A stretch of DNA of 64,000 nt from Octopus vulgaris (lineage: Eukaryota): contig OX597816.1 of assembly GCA_951406725.2 (NCBI GenBank), forward strand, positions 97,898,001 through 97,962,000, in the 5' to 3' direction. The translations under genes were made by a program, and so were the position numbers. Below are positions 44,648 through 58,809 of this stretch, one piece after another (position 1 is the first letter of the stretch; every line of letters begins with the position of its first letter). The notes beneath the pieces were generated by a model. The model ran no database searches, was not told where the DNA came from, and saw only the letters and a list, made by a program, of their open reading frames with translations.

Positions 44648-45332
44648 GCAGCTACCATGAAATTTGAAGAAACGTCCTCAACTAACACTCTCCACTCTCA
44701 CACGCTCTATCCCACATATATATGTGTATGCATGTTTATTTGTGTGCATGTGTATATGTGTATGTACGTATATATCAATGTATATGTGTATTAATGTTAG
44801 CAGCCGTGCCCTGCCTTCGAAAGTAATGTAAATCTAAAACTAGACTATTCGTATGAATTCATAATATTTTTCATGAATTGTTTAACAGTAAGAAAAAGTG
44901 TTGCATTCAAAGACTTCAGAATATTGTTTAATTTCGCTTAATAAAAATGTGAAAGCAAAGCAAACAATTATAGAACCTAAAGTAATATAATATATTTTCA
45001 TTGCATATTCTCATTTTCTCTGAAGACATACTTGTTGTAGCAAAATTCTCTACTCATTTCCATAATTACTCTAAATGAATTATTTTTCTCATCTGAAAAA
45101 TTTCCAATGTCGACTGCACGGCTTGTGGGTATACAATATTCTTAATTTCTTTGGTTGTCTGATGTAAAACAAACTTCAAGAAAATCACATATAGTGTGAA
45201 CATCTTGAAAACTTTTGCATCTGTTGGAAAGATTTACGTACTAAAGGACAAAAGTATGGCATACAACTTACAGTCATGTATGTGTATGCGCGTCTATGTG
45301 CGTACTTGTGAGTCTATGTTTGTGCATGTGAG

Positions 45333-45373
<41 letters not shown>

Positions 45374-45417
45374 CTATGTGTGTATTTGTACAGAAGTTTA
45401 TATATATATATTTATAT

Positions 45418-46090
45418 ACAGGGGTTTGACAAAATAATAGAAACCCCTTAAAATTTCAAACAAATTATTTTTAATATGGGATAGTAATTGTAACCCCCTT
45501 CAGTCTTGAATGACCATGGGATTGCACCAAGAAAGTTATCCAACGAGGTAGGGGCAAGGTTGTTTATAGAAGACCAGCAGCCGCCCACGCATACCACCCT
45601 CCTCCTCTCTTCACGCCACCGGTGTTATCCAAGGGAAAGGCAAAGGCCGATACAGCTTCGGACCAGTGACGTTGCAGCTCACTTATTAACGTGCAAGTGG
45701 CAGAGCACTCCAAAGACACGTATACCCTTAACGGAGTTCTCGGAGATTCAACGTGACACAGAGTGTGACAAGGCTGGCTCTTTGAAATGTAGGTGCAACA
45801 GAGACAGGAAGAAAGAGTGAGACAAAGTCGTGGTGAAAGAGTACAGCAGGGTTCCCCACCAGCCCCTGCTGGAGCTTCGTGGAGCTTTAGATGTTTTTGC
45901 TCAATAAACACTCACAATACCCGGTCTGGGAATCGAAACCGTGATCCTACGACCGCGAATCCGCTGCCATAACCACTGGGCCATTGCGCCTCCACGGGGG
46001 TAGTAATATTTGGCAGTAATTACAGCTTGAATTGTACGAGGTATGGACTCGTATAAAGTTTGAATAGTTTCCAAAGGAATTTTTATCCAG
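45418..46090. mobile_element. Tc1-like transposon end (TA+caggggtttgacaaaataatagaaac) interrupted by a SINE
   Basis: TA-CAGGGG start typical of Tc1 TIRs; the sequence appears to resume after the SINE at ~45997. Confidence 0.45.
45490..45993 (-). mobile_element. Full-length tRNA-derived SINE with ~11-bp target-site duplication
   Basis: Minus strand head ggaggcgcaaTGGCCCAGTGG (A box)...GGTTTCGATTCC (B box); flanks gggatagtaat (45478-45488) and ggggtagtaat (45997-46007). Confidence 0.88.
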
Positions 46091-46129
46091 TCTTCAGCTT
46101 TGGTACGAAACCAAAGACAACATTGTTTA

Positions 46130-48400
46130 ACAAGGAAGATTTCTTGGCTTTGTGGTGCATTACTGGAAGTAATGTTGAAGAAGTCCGAAAATACTTCAGG
46201 CTTGTTCTCATCAGAATTTATGGAGAATTTATTTATAACCCAGAAGAAGGTCTCACTTTTTCTACATATTTTAGAAGATACGAAGAAATCACAGGAGAAT
46301 GTAAAAATTGGAATGACGAGAAGGAAGTGCGACCACTTTTAAGAAACTTATCCTCTGCCGAACACGGAAAATATTGTAATAAAATTCTTCGAAAGAAACC
46401 AGGGGAGATTTGTTTTGATCAAACTGCTAATTTGATATGGAGAATTTTCAGTGAATGATGTTCTCTGTTCAATACTCGTTGATAATGTTTAAACTTTGTT
46501 GAAAAAGATTATCAAGATTTCGTCACCTATGCTGGAGTCGTTAACAGAGAGTGTAAATAATTCAAATGAAATGAATTAACCCGGATTTGTTGATACGTCT
46601 AATTTTTGTTCGAGGGTTAACAACAAGAATAGATGATGATATACGTTCCTGTATATTAACAAAATTAGAACAAGTCCAAAAGTTAACTTTAAAGGCAGTA
46701 ACTGAAGGATGCCAGAGGATTATAAATTTAAGACATGACGCGGATAAAATTGTAGAAAACGATTGCCCTCAGATACGTGCGTGTTCACTTGAAACGGAGA
46801 AGAAATAAGAAGAACTAACGTCAAGGCCAAATCCATGCTATGGGTGCAGAAGTTTACATTTTAAAAGTTATTGTCCTTTTAAAAATCGTAAATGCTTTGA
46901 TTGTGGAAAAAATGTTTAAAAAAAAACAAAAAAAACAAAAATGTTGAAAGAATGTATTGTTAAAAAAAACGGGCTCAGAAAGGAAAAATTGTGTCCATAA
47001 AAATGAATAATGGGAATATCGAGTTACTGTTGGTTACAGGCAGTGATATCGCGATAATTAATACAGATGGAGAAAAATAGGAAAAATATTGCATTTTATG
47101 GGCGATATGATAAGTGACGTCACATTTCGTGGAAAATCCTGGAAAGCCAATGTTTTTCTGTTGAAAAATACAACAAATTTATTTGGAACAGACTGGATGA
47201 ATCTATTTAATTGATGGGTCCTCCCCATAAATATTTTTTGTAAATATCTGAATAGTTCTGCCGCTAGTACAAATAAGGTGTCGGACGATTTTTAAAAAAA
47301 GGATTAAAACAAATTTTTCCTAAATTTTTTTCCGAAGAATTGGGTCTTTGCACCAAAACAAAGGGCAAAATTTTAATTAAAAAAACGCTATACAGGTATT
47401 TAAAAAAACCGTACCTTTCTTAGCATTGAAAGAAGTCAACGAAGAATTGGATTGACTTGAAAAGCTTGGCGCTATTGAAAAAACTGGCTACTCAAAATGG
47501 GTGTCAACAACAGTTTATGTCAAGAAAAAAATAATAAAATCAAAGTGGCAAGATGTACTCAATGGAACATATTAATATTCCTCCATATCACCCAAGACCT
47601 AACGGTTCACAGAACGATTCGTGGATACATTTAAAAGAGCACCAAAGAAATCAAGAAACGTACTAGTCGATGACGCAGCATTGACAAAGTTCGTGAGGGT
47701 TTTAGGATAACACAAAATCCAAACGCTTTTTCCGGCAAGTCGCCTTTGGAACTAATGTTTGCTCGAAAAAAAAAGTCAAATTTTGACAAACTGCTACCAG
47801 CAAGAAAAGTAAATAAGGAAAACACCAAAGATACGACAATTTTTTTAAAATATCGGTGAGAAGGTGTTTTTCAAAATATATAAAATTAAAGTTACTGTTG
47901 GGAAGACGGAGTAGTAAAAAAAAGAATAGGCAAAATGCCATATATATGATAAGAGGCGAAAATGGGAACACAAAAGGCATTTAAACCAGCTACAAAAGAG
48001 ATATGCGAAAGAAAAAAAAAGAAACGAGGTACCCAGGGAAGTGTTCTATGACACCTTTCATGTTCCAATGTCACAAGAAATCGTACCTAGTCGTAGCAGC
48101 ACAAGTAAGAGGAAGCAAAAATAACTGGTAGTGGTAGTGCCTAAACTGAAGATATATTAAACTTCTCTAGAAGTAAGATCTCGAAAAGGGAGATGTGATG
48201 ACAGAAATATAAATAAATAAAAATATTAACTTCCAACGGAATACACTCTCAAAGGGGAAGATGTTCTGGCGAGAGACATTGACACCTCTGGGGGTGGGGC
48301 CGGAAGAATGGACTAGCTGAAATCTTATAGAAAGTAGAAGTTGTTAGTAGTCTAGAGGGAGAGCGTTTTGCTAGTGTCGCGAAATACGTCGTGGCAACAC
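46130..48400 (+). mobile_element. Heavily decayed, internally deleted Ty3/gypsy LTR retrotransposon (K02A2.6-like gag-pol)
   Basis: Gag-like FIYNPEEGLTFSTYFRRYE...W.DE..VR.LLR.L...EH.KY; LIFVRGL; zinc knuckles CYGC...H....C / CFDCGK; protease-like VTGSDI; integrase-like NG..ERFVDTFKR and SP.ELMF; polypurine tract aaaagggaga (48184-48193) followed by TGT (putative 3' LTR start at 48194). Confidence 0.85.
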
Positions 48401-48499
48401 ATTGATTAACCTTCGCTTCATTAATTATATATCCAACGTGTGTCAAGGATATAAATGGTTCTCGGCAGCCAATGGCTTAACGTTCACCAAGAGGATGTG

Positions 48500-49340
48500 C
48501 CTCTGATAGCAGAAAAAAGATCTCCAGTTGATAGGCACAGCAGGTTGGTGGTCTTTCGCAGAGAGAAAGATGGCAATTGAGGGTGGATGTGTAAAGTGAA
48601 GTCTACCGATGATAGACTATGCGATGTTAGAAGTTTCATTCCGGAATTCATGAAGACTCTAAAAGAAGTGAGATGCAATCATTTCTATACCTACATGTAG
48701 ACGAATGCATATATTACGAGTACCTTTCCTTGAAGTCATTTGCCGTCATACTCTTGAAGTACCTTATGAGTGCATTGGATTTGTTGGGGTGACAGGATCC
48801 TCATTGACGACAACTGGCAGTGTTTCGGTATTTACAGTTTTGGATTGGAGTTAGAGGTTGTGCAGGTGCAATGATTTTATATGTTGTATAGTGCAATGGT
48901 AGAAGCGATGTGCTCTAAACAGTAGTGTCACTTTTGACGGTATGCGGGTTGAAAAGTTTAAAATTGCTCCTTGAGAAATACTTCTTAATCAACGACAGGA
49001 GTGTCCTAGCTATGTTGATGGAAACTTCTAGGTTGAACAGAGGGAATGTATTATTTTCCCCTCTCTGGTCTTCTTAGGGTTCGGAGGTGTAGGAGGGGAC
49101 TCCTTATGCACTAATTTCTCGGAAAAAACCCTCCTCACCAATGAGACGTTGTAGTGGAGGAAATCTCTGTTGAAGATCACCCTGTTGGTTAAAAGCTTAG
49201 ATATGTTTCTGCTAACGCCTGAAACTAGGTTTCTAATTACATGTTTAGAGGTGATTCACGCTTTTGTGGATGTACATAGTTTCCTCAGTGGGTTTCCGGT
49301 ACGAATGATATTGCTCATAGGGATCCGACCGTCGCCAGGT
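48500..49340 (-). mobile_element. Decayed PLE of a second clade (Naiad-like): RT thumb, linker and GIY-YIG remnants
   Basis: Manual minus-strand translation YRKPTEETMYIHKSVNH..VIRNLVSGVSRNISKL..N..IFN....YN.SL....FSEKL; FPLFNLEVSINIARTLLSLIKKYF....KLFNPHTVK; FKERY; LCLS. Confidence 0.7.
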
Positions 49341-52300
49341 ATTCAATAATATTATTTAATTGCTGCTTCTACCATTTACATTGCACATAGTGTTCCGCTG
49401 CATACGTCTGTATATACATACTAACATGTAGAATGGAGTGAGCAATTCGTTTTAGTACATAATTTCACAATTGTTCCACTGCTATTTTATCAGATAACTC
49501 TTACTACCATATTATTATATATATGTAACAATTCGTTGCATCAGTATTATGGTACTAATAACGCAAAGATATCGTCTCACTAAGTTTATGTATAATATCA
49601 GTTTATTGGATTAACTTTTATTTTGAAGAATATATACACTTTGTCTAATATGTTCTTACCACATCATTTCCATATCAGAATCTAAAAGAAAAAACAAACA
49701 AATGCATACAAGGCCACAAATATAAGTTGTGTAGGAGTACAAAAAAGTATTTAAAAATACACAGGTTCTTGGCTTAATGGCGCTCCATAGATACAACAAT
49801 AAATGAGTAAATTAGCACATAAATAATGGATCAATATGCGATAACAAAACTCACTGTCTCGCAAACCATGAGGAGTGTTGAGAATCATGAGAACGATGGA
49901 GGGGTATTGTGTCTTTTGTTTATAATTTTGAATGATGAATCATAGTTACGCCTTCACTTTAGCAAATGTTACATCAATATATATGTATCAATACTTTGTC
50001 TTGAATCCAGACAGTGCTTTTGTATACAATATTTTTACGGAGACATTATTTTTTTAAAGCACATGCAGCTTTTTTTCTTCAATTCTATTGTTTTATTATG
50101 GTATTATAAATATGGTACATCCCTCAGGATGTACAATGACAAACATTAATTTGTCATCAAGGGAAGTGTATTGCATATTTCTTACCACTTTGACCATTGT
50201 TTGTGTTTTATTTTCTATATTGTTAATATTTTTTTCTATATTTTTCTATATTGTTAATATTATTTACTTGATTCACTTCCTTAATATTACATTTACGAAT
50301 ATAGATTATGTTATGTCGGATACGATAGTTTCAGTGTGTGTCTGTTGAACATTTTCTTATATATATTTTTGGATTTATTGAAATGATTATTCTATGCACT
50401 GAAAAAGCCATGTTGAATATTCAGTTAACAATATTGTTGAAATAATATAGCTACGATTTAACTTATTTAATATATTATATAATATTATTTCGACAAGTAT
50501 CTTATTGTGAAAGTGTAGATGAAACAATTGTAGAATTCTATTATGAAGAGTGTTTTCCCAATCCAATATCAATTATTTATACTCTAAAACATTCATAAAT
50601 ACATACACATGCACACATTCTAATATGTATATGTTTCTGTGCATGTAGGTGCCTGTGTGCACGTGCGTGCATATTTGTGTGTGTGTTGGTATATCTTTTA
50701 TTACAAATATATGTGATATAGTTAATCTATTAAATACCTATTCAATTAGTGGAGTTAATATAATCGATTAGGATATTTGAAGGCATTGTTCCAGCATAGT
50801 CATAATCATATAATTGTAATAAAAAATTTATTATAGTTATAATTATAAAATAACGAATAAGAAGAAAAGTTTTGAAATATTTGTCGCTAATACAACATAT
50901 TTTTTGTATACTATTATTTTTATTAGGCAGCAGACTTTTTAAATATGCTGTGTTCTGAACTTTTAACAAACACTTTAACTATTAAACCTATATACCGCTT
51001 CTTTATAGGAGTGGTTTTTGTAAAGCTTCTCGCATTGTACATGGTAACATAACATAAACCTCGAAAACAACACTAAACATTCTCTACATAAATGTTTCTG
51101 TGTTACTAGTAAAATAATTCACTCATACATGTGGAACAGTTGGATTTCATGTTCTTGTTTGATGTTTCTCTCTTTCTTCATTGCCTGCTATAAATACTAA
51201 TTTTCTTTTATAGAACGTCTATATAGAAGAGACAGGATTTGCATAGTCACGCATGAGACTTATCTGTAGAGATTCTGCAACACAGCACCTCGGCGTCTAA
51301 GATAAAAATGAAGAATCAAAATAAATACGTGAAAGTTTCCTTTCTTTTTATGTATAGTAGATTTTTATTATTTTCTATTCCTAAAGCCATTGGTTATTTT
51401 CCCCTCCAAATGCTTGGAAATATGTATAATGTGATATTCAGTTAATGTTTCTACATACTACTTTAATACGTATTATTAAAGTAGTACGTGTCTATTGAAC
51501 TCCCTTAAAGGCATATCTTTCTCGTACAGAAAAAAAGACGTTGTTGTCGTCTATGATATAAAGGATTCTGATACAAAATAAATTGTATTAAGCAGCTGTA
51601 GATATGTTTTAAGAATATTATATGGATTATATTGTGTAATTTCCTTTCAATATTACTAAGCATTAAGCATTGTAGTTTGTAATACAGTTTCAATTCTTTC
51701 AATTCTTAGTCGCGGTATTGTACTAAATTTGTTTCTAGTTTTGGTAATTGTTAGCCATGGTCCTTAACCGACAAGCGAATAATCAAGACAGTGAGAATTT
51801 CCAAGTCTTTAAACTATCTTCTAGAAACAGCAGCTATATGTAATTCAAACAAAGCTTTACATCTATGGGAACGAAAGGATTGTAAAGATAATAAATTGGT
51901 AGATCTTAAGTACTTACAATCAAAGAAAAATTTCACTTTATATATCACAGCCTTTGATCATTTGTCATTTCAATCAAGACTGAGCAACACCAAGCAACAA
52001 TCACCCACACAAATTGCAATAGAATCCTGAACTCTATATTTACTTGAATCTGTTAAGTTGGTGTACTGTAAATTTTACTGAGATATTGATGTATTGAAGA
52101 ATGCAGCCACTAAGATATATTTATTTGAAGTGACTTAAAAAGAATTAAGTTTGAAGGTGACATACTTAGTAGGAATGTAACAAAAGGAATATGTCCTCAA
52201 GTTAACATCAGAACATTTACAAGAAATTCACTAGGTTTAAGTGGAATGCAATTTTAGTTAACAGATAAAGAGAAGAAAGGAAAAACCATTCTGATAATAT

Positions 52301-52439
52301 GTGATAATCCTAAGAAGTACGAAATATGGATAGGTAAAGAATCTACTTCGGTGTAGTTTAAGTTTTCATCGATGGATGAATAGAATGGCATAGGAAGTCG
52401 ACATTAGTTGGAGCTGAATTTATTGTGACTCTAATGGGG

Positions 52440-52441
<2 letters not shown>

Positions 52442-52477
<36 letters not shown>

Positions 52478-52551
52478 GTGTGTGTATATGTGTGTGTATG
52501 TGTGTGTATGTGTATGTGCGTGCATGTGTGCATGTTAGCAAGTGTGTGAGA

Positions 52552-52605
<54 letters not shown>
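52442..52605. repeat. Compound TA/TG/CA microsatellite
   Basis: Direct inspection. Confidence 0.9.
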
Positions 52606-52608
<3 letters not shown>

Positions 52609-52991
52609 ATAGTCTGGAAATAAGGCTGTGAAATACATGTTAAACTGATGATGAATCAGGAACGCGAGCGGGGTCATAATCAAGAGACAGATATGACATG
52701 CCAGCAACAAGCAGAAGACAGATCACTTCGCATTATACTTAGCGGATATAGGTATGCATTATCTGGGGCATGTTACTACTGCTGTTGAAATATCCATGCA
52801 TCTTACTCAGTCAAGTTCAACAATTTTTCAAACTTTTACACAATTTTAATTATCTCAAATCAAAAGGAAAGAGATTTGCAAATATATAACAACATAGAAA
52901 ACGCCTACCTGTTGCAGTATCCAAAACCTTTATAAATTCCACTAGAGAATGAAAAGCAAAGCATTTGGAGACTGTAACAAACTTTATTTTT

Positions 52992-53212
52992 AAGGCAGTG
53001 AGTTGCCAGTATCGTTTACACAACAGGCAAAATGCTTAGCGGCATTTCGTCCCGTCTTACCATGGTGAGTTGAAATTTAGCCGAGATCGACTTTGCTTTC
53101 CTCATTTCTAGGTGATGGCGTCGAGAAAATAAGTACTGGCCCAACACTGGTGTCAGTGTAATCGACTTAGCTCCCTGCGCAAAATTGCTCGCCTTCTGCG
53201 AAACTTGAAAGC
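52992..53212 (+). mobile_element. SINE-like repeat family A
   Basis: aaggcagtgagttgccag.atcgtt...aaatgcttagcggcatttcgtcc...tcgactttgc...taagtac...taatcgactta. Confidence 0.75.
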
Positions 53213-53302
53213 AATGTGGTAATGTATTATATAGGTGTTTGTTTCTCTATGTGTTTGTAAGTGTGTGTGCGTGAGAATGTATATGTGTCTCTCTCTCTTT
53301 CT

Positions 53303-53344
<42 letters not shown>

Positions 53345-55563
53345 GCATATGTTAAAACGGGGATAGCTTGTAGAGAAAAAAAAAATCATGATGTAGGCTT
53401 TATATAAGGCGCAGCAGACTCATTCTAAGTGCCCAGTAAGAGAGAGCGACTGTGCTTTTGACTGGATCCTTTCAGACAATAAACTAAAGCATGGATCCCT
53501 TTCTTGTTTGCTGCAAGGCAATACCTTACTCAAAGAAGATGCATTATATGAAATTACTGGGTATAATGCATTGATGGCACATGAAACGAAACCCAAAGTG
53601 ATGGAGATGACTACATTGTAGAGATATGATGAAGTTCTCTCAAGAATGTCATCTTCATTACATGGACCTAACAGAAGACTAGCTCGAGGCAAGTAAGCTC
53701 AATACCGTAATTGAAGCAGATCGTGCAGAACTTATATATATAAGTGGGTCTCATACTCTGGCGCTAACGTAATGCGTATAGCTTCAGTTAATGACAACGT
53801 ATCATTATTTATGCGGTGATTGTTTTGTACAAAGAGACTTTCTAATAAATTTCGTTTCAGGATCTCTTTTTGAATAAATTTTCGATTTTCTTTATGTCTT
53901 TTAATTAGCAAGAAATATCGAGTGCTGATTGTATGCTGTATTACTAATATTTAGTTTCTACACTATTTTTGTGTTAAATATCAGGAAATAAAGTTCCACG
54001 ATATATATACATCAGAGTTCCTCTCTGGTGTTGCACATGTTTGGAAAAAGAACTGAAAGTTAAAGAGTTCAAGTAGATATTCTACTTGTTTATTGAATTG
54101 TGTTAGCGTGAGTACATTGCTTTTTGGTGCTATTTGATGTTGAGAAAGCTCATGCTACCTAAGATGAAGTTACTCGTTTACATTTTGACCAAGATTCGTT
54201 AATACCTGCTTTAACTTATTAGATTTGTCTTCATGTTTTTCATCATATTTGAGGAACCTAGTTCGTGATATAATGTAGAAAACAATATCATGTTATTTTG
54301 TATATAATAATACTATGACACGAACCGAGTTTTCTCTGCCACAGCTGAATAATAACGGGGCACATTTATAAATGTATATGGCAACACGACGTCTTTCTCT
54401 CTAGCGTGCATGAAATACAAAATATCGTGGTATGTGTATTTCTGTGTCAGACATTATTTTCTTATATATGTTTGTGTAAGTGCCATGCTCTAGGTATAGT
54501 ATTTTGCATGTTACAATTAAACCGGTGATGTAAGAGAGAATGACTTTTTTTTGTATCTGTGTATCCTGAGATGTATTTGTATGTATAAATTTACGATGCT
54601 GCCACTCACAATTCATAATTATTTCTTTAACTAAAAATATCATATCATCATGATTCATCGTACACATAAATAGTAACCTATGCTACTGACTATGCCTTCT
54701 TTCGTTTATCTATATCGTGATGTTTTAACGTTATTAAAACCTTCAAACGGAAAATTGATATAAAAAATTATGGTAGAATGAAATCTAGACAGAAGAATTT
54801 ATAAATGCAATATATATATATAAAGTTTCTGGAACAGATTTCATTTTAAAATATAAGGAAAGTTAATAGTTACTTTAGAAACTGGAGAACGCGAGATGTG
54901 AAGGTAGTATATTCATTTGACTACAGATAATGCAACTGTATTTTTCTTACCATATTTTCATTTTCATAGACTGTGCACTATATATTTGCGAGAACTTATA
55001 GTCCATGACGCCAATATAGTAAATATTTATTTCTGCAGTATTCTGTTACAGTATAAGCATATAAAACAAATTTGTGAAGGACAATTTTCTCACTTTTATT
55101 TGGTTCTTCATATTCTGGGAAACATATAAGTTTTGTTTTCCGTCGATATCGATATTAAATAAATTGCACAAAGGACGATATAGGAAGAATCATTGTTTGC
55201 AAAAAACGTTTGACTTGTCATTTTAGATGCTAAGTCCAGAAGGACTGACAATGATATATTTCCAACATCGGCATGTGATAACATATTTTCTGGAAATCCT
55301 TTATTATTATATTCAGCAAGCGTACTCCTCTGGTCCATATCGGCTTCAAAACTATTAATCGCAAAGATAACATAAGTAATCTGTGACATGTAGATGCAAA
55401 TATATATGCTTATACACATGCATATTCGTGTATACATGTAATTGTATCTATGTATATGCACATATCTCTAACTATATGAATTCATATATATTATATACAC
55501 ACAAATACATAATATATAATAGTATAAATACGTATAAATATATATGTGTACATATGTATACAT

Positions 55564-55569
<6 letters not shown>

Positions 55570-55640
<71 letters not shown>
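55570..55640. repeat. (TA)n microsatellite (left flank of the PLE palindrome)
   Basis: Direct inspection. Confidence 0.95.
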
Positions 55641-55644
<4 letters not shown>

Positions 55645-55693
55645 AAACAAGTCAAAAATAGAAAATGCTAAAATAATTTTATAGTGAACATTT

Positions 55694-55731
55694 CAGTACC
55701 GGTTTCGGTCATTTTGAGACCTTTTCAACTG
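55694..55731 (-). ncRNA. Variant minimal hammerhead ribozyme motif in the PLE 3' region
   Basis: Reverse complement of 62611-62648. Confidence 0.65.
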
Positions 55732-56480
55732 TAACGATTAAATAATTAAATTTAGAAAAATTAGAAGAAAAGTTTTTTTAAAAGAATATTTCTATAGTAG
55801 TGTTCAGATTTAAGTGGCATTCTGCCTTTCTCTGACTCCCTTGTTTGCACTTGTGTGTTGAAGGTCGTTGTGAGTTCTTGGTCGGGTAGTAGAGGAAGAA
55901 GGCTGGTGAGGAAAGGGGGTGGGAGAATCTGGGAGTGCCCTGATGGTCGTATTTTGAATGGTCAGTGGCGGCTGGCAGTCTCAGTTCAATTCAGGAGAAT
56001 ATTTATATTGACAGGCTTGTTTATAGAATTAGCGTAGGTGTTATACTAAAAAAACATTAGTGACAAAGTTAAGGGGTAGGGGTGGAGAAGTAGAAGAGGA
56101 AGAAGAAGAAGAAGAAGAAGAAGAAGAAGAAGAAGAAGAAGAAGGAGAAGGAGAAGATGACGATGATGGTGATGGTGGTGATGATCATGACGACGATGAT
56201 GATGATAATGATGATGATGCAGAAGAAGAAGAAGAAGAAGAAGGAGGAGAAGGAGAAGATGGTGGTGATGATGGTGGTGATGATGATGACGACGATGATG
56301 ATGATAATGATGGTGATGAAGAAGAAGAGGAAGAAGAAGAAGAAAAAAAAAAACAGAGAAGGGAGAATATGAATGGGTGTAAGTTTAGCTATGAAGGGGC
56401 TGATTAGTAATGGATTCTATGGAGTGTAATATTTGTGTGTGTATATATATTTTTTTCTTTTATTCTAAAGTTGAGGTATA

Positions 56481-58809
56481 TTAATTGTTTGTCGTAGACC
56501 CGTTAAGAAGTGGCTTGTATGTTGTAATAAAGAGATTTTCTTTACTTATTCGTTGTCTCGAGATTGTATCGTCCCTAAATTGGTAGAGGGGGAAATTCTG
56601 AAGTTTGGTGTTTTTTTGTTGGCGCAAGTATCTATGTGTTGGCTAAAAGCTATTTTTCTGTTTTGGGGAATTTTTATCTGGGATCTGTGCAGGGCCATTC
56701 GTTTACGCAAACCATTTTTTGTTTGGCCTATGTACTGCTCTTGACACCCGGAGCAGGTTAGTGAGTATATTAAGTTCTCCGAAGCACATATGAAGTTGCT
56801 TTTCACTGTAAACCGTTGTCCCTGTTTGAAGGAGAACTCTGAGCCCTCAATTAGATAGTCGCATATCCCGCAATTGGGTCTTCCACATTTTTTTACTGTC
56901 GGCTTCTGTGTTGAAGAGTGAATTCGGGCTTGTGTAAGGAGACTTTTCATGGATCTAGGCTTTCTTTTGCTTTTTATGATCGTGTGTGTTTGGAGGATTG
57001 TGTTCATTCTGTGGTCTTTTTTTAGGAGGGGTATGTTGTGGAGGATGGTGTCGAAGGCTTCGTTATTGAGAGGGTTGTGTGTGGAGATGTATGGTAAGGC
57101 TTTTGGTTGTAAGTTTTTCTTTGATTTGGGATGTCTCAGTTCCTTGATGTTAAGTTGAAGGGCACGTTGAATGCACTTGTCAATAAGTGAAGGTGGATAG
57201 TTCCTGGTGATTAGGGTATCTTTTAGTTCTTGTAGTCGTGTGTCTCTGGTGTTTGCGTTAGAGACTATAGTGCATATCCTTTTTGCTAGATTGAAGGGGA
57301 TATTCATCCTGGTGTGTCTGGGGTGGCATGAATTGAATGGAAGATATTGCTTAGAGTCTGTAGGCTTATAGTATATGTCTGTTTCTATTATATTATTAGC
57401 TTTCTTAATGAGGATATCGAGGAAGGGGAGTTGTTGTTGGCTATATTCCATCGTGAATTGGATGTTTACGTCCAGTCCGTTTAAAATTTCCTGGAATTCT
57501 ATGAGTTTTTCTATATTTTTATGCCAAAGGATGAAACAGTCATATAGATATCTCTTCCAGTTGTTTTCTATGTAGATGGAGAAAGGGCTGCCATATCTTT
57601 CTAGAACCTTACGATACAGACTGATCTCTAGGTATCCTATGACTAGGTTGGCAAAGGAGGGGGCCATTCGTGTACCCATCGCAGTCCCCGATTTTGTCGG
57701 TAGAAGTTGTCATTGAAGGCGAAGAAGTTATTTTCCAGGATGAATTTAACCCCTTCTATCACAAATTCTTTTTTGATGCGGTGTGGTAGTTCGTTGGCGT
57801 GATTCTCTAGCCAGAATTGGATTGCCTCTAGTCCTAGGTTGTGGGGGATATTGGAGTAGAGGTTGACTACATCGAAGGATACCAGTATGGTGTTTTTGTT
57901 TATAGTATTCGGTAGGTGATTGAGCATATCTAAGTCGTCCCTTATATAGCTTTTGACATGTTTGAGGAGTGGTTTTAACAGGGTGTCTAAAAAGTTACTG
58001 AGGCGGTGGGTTTCGCATGCGGGACCTGCTTTTATGGATCTCAATTTGAGGTCATTAGGATTAGGGACTTTAATTATTATGTCTGTAGCTATCTTGCATG
58101 CGTTGCTTATTTTTTCACTTTTGTGGATCTTAGGTATACCGTAGAATTGGCTAGTTTTACTTGTGAAATTGGTCATATAATCATATTCTTTGTCGGTGAG
58201 CCCTGCTTTGTATGGGTTTAATATGGATTTTAGTTCCCTCATTATTTTTTGTTGACTGTAGTTTTGTGCCTTTTCATAGTATGTTGTGTCTTCCAGCATA
58301 GAAAGTACCAAAGTTATGTAAAATGTCGTATCCATTAAGACAACAGCACTCCCTTTATCGGCCTCTTTGATTGTTATTGTTTTATCTAGTTTTAATTTGT
58401 TCAACTCAGCCCATTCTTTTTTGCTGAAGTTTGGTTTGTGTTTTTGTTTGTGCATATGTTGATATGGGTAATTAGATATGTGGTCACAGAAATCATCAAG
58501 TGTTTTATTCTTACCTTTCGAGGGGGTGTAGTTACTCCTATTTCTGGCTAACGATTCGTCCTCGTTGTATTTATCGTATAGCTCCTCAGTAAGTCTTAAT
58601 TTTCTGCAGAATTCTGCGATGTCTTCTTTCATTTCATTGTAGTTGGGGTGTTGTGGGGTGGGTGTAAACTTGAGTCCTTTGGAAAGTATGTTTATTTGGT
58701 TTGCTGTTAGTTCCTTGTGAGTTAGATTAATAATTTTTATTACTTTTGGTTCCTCCTGCTTGTTTGGTGCTATCTTGTGTCTCTGTGTTTGCGTATTGGG
58801 TCTAAAAAA
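56481..58809 (-). pseudogene. PLE reverse transcriptase / GIY-YIG endonuclease, frameshifted
   Basis: INLT..LSKGLKFTPT, ADKGSAVV, FYGIPKIHK, SFDVVNLYSNIP, MGTRMAP, RYLYD, LPFLD, YYKPTD, SCHP, CGRPNCGIC, NLIYSLTC..C.EQYIGQT; frameshifts near 57690 and 56590. Confidence 0.93.

Noticed and set aside
53476-53692. Segment bounded by ttcag and gtaag as a possible exon
   Set aside because: All three plus-strand frames contain stops
55108-55390. Non-repetitive minus-strand open frame (ITYVIFAINSFEAD...) as a possible host exon
   Set aside because: No recognisable domain and no clear splice-site pair; cannot be supported without RNA-seq
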